A stretch of 34,318 nucleotides of DNA from IMG/VR virus record IMGVR_UViG_3300037461_001343, positions 1 to 34,318 of that record. The stretch is one strand, 5' to 3'. The stretch's first letter is position 1; every line of letters begins with the position of its first letter. Origin of the DNA: a virus. Taxonomy: Duplodnaviria; Caudoviricetes. A program made the translations under genes and the position numbers. This document shows, piece after piece, positions 28,538 through 34,318 of the stretch. The notes under the pieces were generated by a model. It had not been told where the DNA came from, did no database searches, and was given only the letters and a program-made list of their open reading frames with translations.

Positions 28538-28728
28538 AGGATTCCTATGAGAAGTTATTATCTCGCACGACTCGACTTGTGGAGTCTGGACAGCGGCTTC
28601 TGATGGCCTTGGCAGTGCGAGCTACGCATGATTCTTGGAACGATGTTGGTCGTGGAGTCATGGCGGAAGAACAAGATTTCCAAGATCGTCTGAAAGAGTT
28701 TTTGCAGTTTAAAATCAAAGAGGAGTGA
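28519..28728 (+). CDS. Small hypothetical protein
   Basis: GTG 28519 after GGAG, inside track ORF 28456..28728. Confidence 0.5.
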   Translation: MQSIPVKDSYEKLLSRTTRLVESGQRLLMALAVRATHDSWNDVGRGVMAEEQDFQDRLKEFLQFKIKEE

Positions 28729-28940
28729 CTTTGGACGGAGTGATTTTGAAGGGCACGAAAGTACGTTGTAGTCATTGTAAGGAGCTTTTATTTGAGCTCC
28801 GCCGTGACCTCGATGATTGGAACACTGTCACAGACGATCATGTGACGGGGGGCCAGCAGTTTGGAGCTGGAGATCCATTCCTTTGCAAGAAATGCGGGGA
28901 GCCGTTCAATCTTGATTTCGTTCTTTTCTCAAGCGTGTGA
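28725..28940 (+). CDS. Zinc-ribbon protein
   Basis: CSHC...CKKCG. Confidence 0.65.
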   Translation: MTLDGVILKGTKVRCSHCKELLFELRRDLDDWNTVTDDHVTGGQQFGAGDPFLCKKCGEPFNLDFVLFSSV

Positions 28941-29083
28941 GACCGTCTAAGGTTTAAGACTTGGCTAATAGTTTAACAATTCCTCAAGTGATCTTAACCA
29001 CTGCTTAATCTCATTTTAATACAGCTAATTGTATACAAGTTAATCATTTTGATCTTTTGGCGTCCCACTTAAAAGGCTCCAGA

Positions 29084-29100
29084 CTGGCACGTCGCTTGCA
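29084..29100 (+). promoter_or_regulatory. Sigma54 (-24/-12) promoter
   Basis: CTGGCACG-TCGC-TTGCA is an exact match to YTGGCACG-N4-TTGCW. It is intergenic and 46 nt before ATG 29147 (RBS AAGGAGG). Confidence 0.8.
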
Positions 29101-29146
29101 GTAGATATTGTTAGACGATGAGCAAACGATACCAAAGGAGGAAGCC

Positions 29147-29392
29147 ATGAAGCATTCCAGAGCCTATCAGAGTGAGTTAAAGAAAGAGTGTGAGGAGACT
29201 CGGCGGATCATGCGCAAAGAAAGATTGGTCGCTTTGGTGATTATAAACCATAAGAAATTAGAAGCTATTCCATTTAACGATGGAAATTACAAAACCGCAT
29301 GGGACTTCTGCAGAGCTGTTATAAGCCATGACCTCAGTGATTTAGGTCTTAAAGACTTCAGTCATCGTTTAAAAATCTGGGACATTGAGTAA
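29147..29392 (+). CDS. Hypothetical protein
   Basis: RBS AAGGAGG then ATG 29147. Confidence 0.7.
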   Translation: MKHSRAYQSELKKECEETRRIMRKERLVALVIINHKKLEAIPFNDGNYKTAWDFCRAVISHDLSDLGLKDFSHRLKIWDIE

Positions 29393-29409
29393 GATTGAAG
29401 GAGGCTTTT

Positions 29410-29733
29410 ATGACCGTCCGATTTTGCATCGACAATGAAACCTACCTTCTACATCGCAAGAATGGGTCTGTAAGTGTCTCTGTTTTTGCGGAAGGTTGGA
29501 TCGAGATAGCTACGGACATCGAGGAGTTTGACCATGCCTTTGGCACGCATCGTGAATCTGTGGTGGACTCTGAAAGAAGTGTTTTGGATTTGGAATATCT
29601 ATCTGTATCCGTCATCTCAGAGAACGATGAGCTTTATTATATCCAAGCACGGGATGAAATGGGTTATGACGACCTACTGAAATGGATCAAGATTCAGGCC
29701 ATAGAGAAAGCCGTTAAAGGGGGTTTTTTATGA
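29410..29733 (+). CDS. Acidic hypothetical protein
   Basis: RBS AAGGAGG then ATG 29410. Confidence 0.7.
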   Translation: MTVRFCIDNETYLLHRKNGSVSVSVFAEGWIEIATDIEEFDHAFGTHRESVVDSERSVLDLEYLSVSVISENDELYYIQARDEMGYDDLLKWIKIQAIEKAVKGGFL

Positions 29734-29912
29734 AGCGCCTTTTTAAAGAAGTGAAAATCATCGGTGTTCGAATCGAGACGGAGGACTACTTAAAACTACA
29801 GGCCTTGGCCGAGGACATCCACGAAAAGTTTGGCGACCATATGACGGTCTCGGATGTGGTGCGTGGCCTCATACATGAGGCGCTCAAGGCTCACGAAGAA
29901 GGAAGGCTATAG
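29730..29912 (+). CDS. Ribbon-helix-helix-like DNA-binding protein
   Basis: IIGVRIETEDYLKLQALA...TVSDVVRGLI strand-helix-helix pattern. Confidence 0.65.
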   Translation: MKRLFKEVKIIGVRIETEDYLKLQALAEDIHEKFGDHMTVSDVVRGLIHEALKAHEEGRL

Positions 29913-30018
29913 GGATTTTCCGTTCCAGTAGAGCTTTTCTTGCTTGTATTTATTTTCTTCGAAATAGGTTTTGTTATTTAACAGTGCTTTTTTCTCAATA
30001 GAATATACGCATTTGAAC

Positions 30019-30300
30019 CGAGAGTCTGGGACGTTGTAGTGAACTACCAACCCGCTAAAGCAGGCTTGGCTTCCAAGCCGCAGAGGCCGGCTCTTCTTTT
30101 TTGACGGGTGGTCAGGTCCTTTGGGCCCTCTGATTTTAGACTTTTTTGAGTCTTACCGTCCTGTGATCGAAGACGAGTTGCGCCTTCGATCAACTCCGTT
30201 CCGGAGTAAAAAATAGTTCCTTCTAAGAAAGATCGGGTCGCTTCTGTAACTGGCGTTTGCCGTCTGAGTACGCGAGAAGGTGGCGTACTCTTAGCGAACC
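30019..30300 (-). ncRNA. Putative TnpB-type reRNA scaffold plus 3' guide (TACAACGTCCCAGACTCTCG)
   Basis: Multiple hairpins with G-U pairs that work only on the minus strand, a GTAAGAC motif (30150-30156), and a TCAC end. The guide would be the flank 30038-30019. Confidence 0.5.
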
Positions 30301-30402
30301 GAGGGTGAATGTGACATGCTTCTTTAAAAAAAGCAAAAGGAAGATCTGGTTTCGCGGCTAACGCCGCTCGGACCTAATCCCCTCATAAATGAAGGGGGAT
30401 TA
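30039..30402 (-). mobile_element. Non-autonomous IS200/IS605-like element (PATE-like), no tnpA/tnpB
   Basis: On the minus strand the right end is GAAG-CCAAGCCTGC-TTTA-GCGGGTTGG-TAGTTCAC. A left-end-like hairpin TAATCCCCCTTCA-TTTA-TGAGGGGATTA (30375-30402) is followed by GCGGC-GTTA-GCCGC. Confidence 0.7.
30308..30336 (-). promoter_or_regulatory. Possible sigma70 promoter for the structured RNA
   Basis: TTGCTT-N17-CACATT with an extended TG. Confidence 0.35.
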
Positions 30403-30430
30403 AAGATTGGTCTTGTCTTTCTCTTTTCGC

Positions 30431-30985
30431 TCAAACTTTCACCTTGAGCCCACGGTCTCGGAGTTCCAAAAACAGCTCTTGTCTTTGCTCATCGGAATCT
30501 AGAAGAACGCGCAAAACAAACTCGTCGTCGTCACATGTTCTCTGTGAGTCCTCATTAGGATCAGGTAGCTTGGGCACAAAGTTTGGGATGAGGCCAAAAT
30601 TCCGGATGGCCAAATGCTGCAAATCAAAATCAGGCCCCAGGTTTTGCAATTCCAGATTGACCATACTCAAATCGAGATCAGCCCAGTCGTCACTGGCGTT
30701 GTCGGAGATCAGGAATGCGTATTCCTGCTCGGCATCCACGAAGTCTTGATAGACGACCGGATATTGCTCGACCCCCGCACGGATGGCCGCGAGCTTTCTC
30801 CCATGGCCCACAATGATATATCCGCTCAAATTAGATACGATGATTGGGTGACGGATACCTTGGTACTTAAAAAGTTTGACCAGCATTTCGATCTGGTCTT
30901 GGCCATGCTTGTTAGGATTTTTGGGATGGTCTTTGAGTTTATTAACATCTACCAGTTCGTCATACTTGCATTTGATTTCGATCAC
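30431..30985 (-). CDS. ParB/Srx-like N-terminal domain protein
   Basis: LKDHPKNPNKH...PIIVS...IIVGHGRKLAA...ISDN. Confidence 0.85.
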   Translation of the reverse strand: MIEIKCKYDELVDVNKLKDHPKNPNKHGQDQIEMLVKLFKYQGIRHPIIVSNLSGYIIVGHGRKLAAIRAGVEQYPVVYQDFVDAEQEYAFLISDNASDDWADLDLSMVNLELQNLGPDFDLQHLAIRNFGLIPNFVPKLPDPNEDSQRTCDDDEFVLRVLLDSDEQRQELFLELRDRGLKVKV

Positions 30986-31019
30986 GGGTCCCTCGCCTTC
31001 TCAATTGCTAAAGCCAATA

Positions 31020-31418
31020 TCAGACTTTACTAATAAAGGTTGCGCAAATGCTGCAAATAAAAATCAGATAAAGTTTTTGCAATTCGAGACTGATCATTTT
31101 CAGATCAAGATCAGCCCAGTCATCGCTGGCGTTGTCGGAGATCAGGAATGCGTATTCCTGATCTGCATCTTTGAAGTCTTGATAGACGACCGGATACTCC
31201 TTGAGACCTGCATGGAGGGCGGCAATCTTGCGTCCATGGCCGAAAACGATGTGGCCACTGAGCTTAGAGACTATGATCGGATGCCTGATGCCCTTGTACT
31301 TAAAAAGTTTGACCAATAGTTCAATTTGATCTTGGCCATGCTTGTTAGGATTTTTAGGATGATCTTTGAGTTTATTAACATCTACCAGTTCGTCATACTT
31401 GCATTTGATTTCGATCAC
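31020..31418 (-). CDS. ParB/Srx-like paralog, C-terminally frameshifted/truncated
   Basis: GTG 31418 after GAGGTG. Near-identical to 30431..30985 until a 1-nt deletion near 31070. Confidence 0.75.
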   Translation of the reverse strand: MIEIKCKYDELVDVNKLKDHPKNPNKHGQDQIELLVKLFKYKGIRHPIIVSKLSGHIVFGHGRKIAALHAGLKEYPVVYQDFKDADQEYAFLISDNASDDWADLDLKMISLELQKLYLIFICSICATFISKV

Positions 31419-31653
31419 TTCCACCTCGCACTCTGAGCTGCTCCAGCCAATAGTAAACAATCAGTTCGTATCGATTCTTAACACCGAGTTTGTGGTAGAT
31501 GAACATGACATAAGATTTGGCGGTGCTCAATTTGAACTTGATCTTGTGTGCGATTTCTTGGCAGGACAGGGCCTGGATGGCCATGAGCTCGACGAGTTCA
31601 AGCTCCCGTGGATTCAATGTGTGCCAGGCGAGTCTTCGATTTGGATCAACCAT
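31393..31653 (-). CDS. Stand-alone LuxR/GerE-type HTH regulator
   Basis: LNPRELELVELM...QEIAHK...STAKSY...IYHKLGVKNRYEL. Likely start is ATG 31653. Confidence 0.85.
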   Translation of the reverse strand: MVDPNRRLAWHTLNPRELELVELMAIQALSCQEIAHKIKFKLSTAKSYVMFIYHKLGVKNRYELIVYYWLEQLRVRGGSDRNQMQV

Positions 31654-32176
31654 ATGTAGTCCCCAAAAAGATAAAGATGGCCAGAAGGACGCCTCGAACG
31701 AATTCGTGGGCCTCCCATGCATAGTCATCGTGGCGAGCCCACAGGCGGCAAATTAGAGCGGCAAGGAAGAAGGCTAGGGTGATGGCCCAGATGAAGATCA
31801 ACACGGACCTGAGGGAGAATAGGCAGGCAGGAAGCGTGCATAATCCCCACAGCAACCCTCGGAACAAAACAGCAAGTCCTGGGGACTCTGCCAGAGGTCC
31901 GATTTGCCACCACTCTAGACGGTCTTCGTTAAGCTCTCGACTCCCGATGAAGGCTCCAAGGGGCTCTCCCCATCCAATGCTCTCACCGACTACAAAGCCC
32001 AATGAGAAAGAAAGTAGAAAAGGCCATCCATGGCCTTCGATGAGACCGAAGACGAATAGTGCATAAAGAACTTTGAAAGCCGTTTTGCCACCGGGGATGA
32101 TTCCTGAACCACGAAGTCTATCTAAGGCTCCACAGACAATTATTTTGGCAAGCGTTGGAACCAGCTGAAAATCCAT
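31646..32176 (-). CDS. Multi-pass membrane protein
   Basis: Several hydrophobic segments; overlaps the lysozyme stop region. Confidence 0.7.
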   Translation of the reverse strand: MDFQLVPTLAKIIVCGALDRLRGSGIIPGGKTAFKVLYALFVFGLIEGHGWPFLLSFSLGFVVGESIGWGEPLGAFIGSRELNEDRLEWWQIGPLAESPGLAVLFRGLLWGLCTLPACLFSLRSVLIFIWAITLAFFLAALICRLWARHDDYAWEAHEFVRGVLLAIFIFLGTTYG

Positions 32177-32811
32177 AAAATGACCCTCTGAAGAAATGGC
32201 AATGGTGTGATTACTTGGGGATTTGTGAATTCCGTCATTTCATCCATTTGTGTGAGCACTTTTAGCAGTGACGCCACGCCTGGATTTTTAGATACGGCAT
32301 AGGGAGAGAAGTACCCATCGCTGGTGTACAATCCCTTTTCGTATTGATCAGTATATGTCCAAAGGTAGGGAGATGTTCGGGGGGGGGTTGTGTTCACTCC
32401 GGCGCCCGTTTGATATCCCCATCCGTTGTAGGATTCAGATAGATACAACATCCGCTCAATGCTCCATGAAGCATTGTCGGCGAGTTTATCTACTTTCAGC
32501 GCATCGATTGCGGCTTCTTCCCAGCTCTTAAAAGGTCCTCGCCCTTTGGGTACATGAACCGTGGGTCCAGGTAGCGGATCTCCGTTGTGAAGGCAGGTGG
32601 AGAAGTCGCAATCGGATTCCTTCTGGTGGATGCAAAAAACAAGTTGTGCTGGAACGCCAGTGGCCTTCTCTACAAATTTATATCTAGACCGATTCTTCTG
32701 GTAGATCCGGCAAGCTCGTTGGATCTCTGGAAGTTTGGAGTTGCTTATTTTGCATTCGTTGTACTTTTGAAGAAGCTCTTTGGAGTATGATTCATATTTT
32801 GGTGCGGCCAT
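32140..32811 (-). CDS. Lysozyme-family protein (COG5526-like), probable endolysin
   Basis: RY..VEKATGVP...IHQKES..F...LHNGDPL...VPKGRGPF.SWEEAAIDAL...YNGWGY...SPYLW...Y.SDG. Confidence 0.85.
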   Translation of the reverse strand: MAAPKYESYSKELLQKYNECKISNSKLPEIQRACRIYQKNRSRYKFVEKATGVPAQLVFCIHQKESDCDFSTCLHNGDPLPGPTVHVPKGRGPFKSWEEAAIDALKVDKLADNASWSIERMLYLSESYNGWGYQTGAGVNTTPPRTSPYLWTYTDQYEKGLYTSDGYFSPYAVSKNPGVASLLKVLTQMDEMTEFTNPQVITPLPFLQRVILWIFSWFQRLPK

Positions 32812-32856
32812 ATTTTAAGGCTTGCGGTTATTTTAAAATCAGTCAACATAATAAAT

Positions 32857-33282
32857 ATGATCCTCTTCGAATGGTCCGGTGAAGTCCCACTCCATGCCGT
32901 CAAAAAGAATTCCAAAGTGATCCGGATGAATCGGAGAACTGGCCGCCCCTTCATTATGTCCAATGATCTAGCCCGACAGCAAGAAGACTTCCTCATCCGG
33001 TGCTTTCAAATTGAAGCTCTGGAGGTCCACCACAGGATAATCACCCAACCCGTGATACTTTGCTGCCAATTCGTCTATCCGTCGAAAGTCTACTACACAC
33101 AAAAAGGCGAGATCTCCAAACGCCTCGCGGACCTATCTAATCTGTATCAATCCGTGGAAGACGCTTTGCAGCAAGCCAAGATCATCGAGAACGACCGTCT
33201 AATCATCGGCCATGACGGATCGCGACGAATATGCGGTACCAATAGCCATCAGCTCCACCTCAAGTTACAATCTAGTCAGTAG
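32857..33282 (+). CDS. rusA: RusA-family Holliday junction resolvase
   Basis: KKNS N-terminal motif; DLSNLYQSVEDALQQAKIIENDRLI. Confidence 0.8.
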   Translation: MILFEWSGEVPLHAVKKNSKVIRMNRRTGRPFIMSNDLARQQEDFLIRCFQIEALEVHHRIITQPVILCCQFVYPSKVYYTQKGEISKRLADLSNLYQSVEDALQQAKIIENDRLIIGHDGSRRICGTNSHQLHLKLQSSQ

Positions 33283-33341
33283 TGTACTTTCTTATATATG
33301 TTATGTGTTTTGTTTTTTTGCGTTATTCACGGTTTGTTCGG

Positions 33342-33375
33342 GCCCCACCGTTCGCATGCGGTGGGGTTTTTTTTT
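33342..33375 (+). terminator. Intrinsic terminator after rusA
   Basis: GCCCCACCG-N8-CGGTGGGGT followed by a T-run. Confidence 0.8.
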
Positions 33376-33480
33376 GACTTAAAAGACCTGATGAGGTCCA
33401 CTTCCAAACAGGTAGTTTCCATGATCACACGATCTTTCTTCCGTTTGGGGTGGGACTGCAATCAGTGTAGTCCCATTCTT

Positions 33481-33720
33481 TTAATCATCGTCCTGTAGAT
33501 AACTACGAAGAAAATGTATAAAATGAGTGATCACTTGCTTCTCTTCGTCCGTACACTTCGCAAAATTCTCAGGGAAAGCATCGTACTTGATTATAGATCT
33601 AAATAGATCATGTAGAGCGTTGAGCTTTCTTTCATGAAATTCGCAAGAAACAAGCGAATCCATTCTTTCTCGCTCCCCAGGCTCATCTAAATCGAATTCA
33701 TATGAGACTTGGCATTTCAT
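33481..33720 (-). CDS. Hypothetical protein
   Basis: 79 aa; RBS AAGGAA upstream. Confidence 0.6.
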   Translation of the reverse strand: MKCQVSYEFDLDEPGERERMDSLVSCEFHERKLNALHDLFRSIIKYDAFPENFAKCTDEEKQVITHFIHFLRSYLQDDD

Positions 33721-33776
33721 AAAAAGTGTTCCTTTTTTGGTTAGCGGTTGCCTTCAGTTAAGAAAGACCCTAGAAC

Positions 33777-33810
33777 AAAAAAAAAGCCAGTGATTCGACC
33801 CACTGGCTTT
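33777..33810 (-). terminator. Intrinsic terminator-like hairpin
   Basis: Minus strand AGCCAGTGG-loop-TCACTGGCT running into T9. Confidence 0.65.
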
Positions 33811-33900
33811 GAAGAATCCTCTACTAGTACTAGAGGGAGCCGAAGAGTAACTCCCCCAGCGCAGTAGAGTCAACAAAAATGTATGACAAGGGGAGGAAAA

Positions 33901-34318
33901 GTGCTGCCATTTGGAAAAATCTCATCGGACATCTATTCTTCAGAATTAGTTAAAACACTAATGAACAGTCCCACTAGGGATTATCCCTTTAATTGGAACG
34001 TCTACGTTTTTTTGTACTTGTACTATCATCGCCATTTCCCAAAGTTTTCTGAGATCGAAAATTATCCACATCGGCTCCCCTGCGGTGCTCCGATTATCCA
34101 AGTCCAAATTCGGGAAATTCAGCAAGTAACAGGGATAAAGGGAAACCGATTCAAACGAGTCATGAATGAGCTGGTGGCCAAATCAGATCTGTCAGATTTG
34201 AAAGTAACTTTTGAATCATCCAAAGTAACATTGGAATCACCACGAAACCGTCCATTGTCACAATGGAGGGCTCCATTGTTACAATTAGAAAAAATGATTG
34301 TAACAATCACGATTCCTA
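33901..34318 (+). CDS. Probable replication initiator (winged HTH), 3'-truncated by window edge; absent from ORF track
   Basis: GGAGG RBS then GTG 33901; the frame is open to the end. IREIQQVTGIKGNRFKRVMNELVAK is HTH-like and is followed by iteron-like repeats. Confidence 0.55.
   Translation, partial: MLPFGKISSDIYSSELVKTLMNSPTRDYPFNWNVYVFLYLYYHRHFPKFSEIENYPHRLPCGAPIIQVQIREIQQVTGIKGNRFKRVMNELVAKSDLSDLKVTFESSKVTLESPRNRPLSQWRAPLLQLEKMIVTITIP
34201..34309. repeat. Iteron/operator-like repeats
   Basis: AAAGTAAC..T.GAATCA at 34201 and 34222. ATTGTnACAAT palindromes within 34251-34267, 34272-34285 and 34295-34309. Confidence 0.7.

Noticed and set aside
28763-28772. ACGTTGTAGT matches 30031-30040, a possible self-target of the guide
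   Set aside because: Only 8 nt belong to the guide, and about one such match is expected by chance in 68 kb of both strands.
30039-30120. HEARO/IscB omega-RNA on the + strand
   Set aside because: No downstream complement to GTGAAC, no IscB ORF, and the G-U pairs favour the minus strand.
30444-31756. Plus-strand ORFs over the ParB/LuxR genes
   Set aside because: Antisense shadows; their mutual similarity just reflects the ParB duplication.
34062-34070. Perfect DnaA box TTATCCACA
   Set aside because: Single copy inside a coding frame; the other TTATCC hits are degenerate. Not supportable alone, though it is near the putative origin.
34119-34310. Minus-strand 63-aa ORF
   Set aside because: Shadow of the + strand initiator-like frame, which has a strong RBS.
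1-34318. CRISPR array, tRNA, DGR, invertase system, integrase, tail sheath
   Set aside because: No repeat-spacer array, cloverleaf, reverse transcriptase, recombinase or sheath-like ORF was recognised by eye.

Overview
The window is most of a tailed (siphovirus-like, non-contractile tail) bacteriophage or prophage genome, probably from a Gram-negative host because it has a spanin-like pair. From 1 to 27.4 kb all genes are on the + strand. In order they are: a Gp157-like gene, a pre-terminase block of structural-looking genes plus a permuted papain-like enzyme, TerS/TerL, a MuF-like head protein placed before the portal, portal, protease-scaffold, decoration protein, major capsid, neck, tail tube, tail chaperones with a -1 frameshift, tape measure, Dit-like protein, fibres, holin/spanin-like genes, hub and a Gly-rich tip. 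The accessory region (27.4-34.3 kb) holds a signal-peptide HD-motif protein and a consensus sigma54 promoter upstream of three small genes. It also holds a ~365-bp protein-less IS200/IS605-like element that looks like an orphan TnpB-type guide-RNA (reRNA) cassette with its own promoter, and a minus-strand operon (lysozyme, membrane protein, LuxR HTH, two tandem ParB-like genes). It ends with RusA and the 5' part of a probable replication initiator with iteron-like repeats that the ORF track missed. The most interesting signals are the orphan guide-RNA cassette, the sigma54 promoter, the second appendage module upstream of terminase, and a strong C-to-G skew reversal across co-oriented genes. 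All family calls come from motif recognition by eye; no searches were run.
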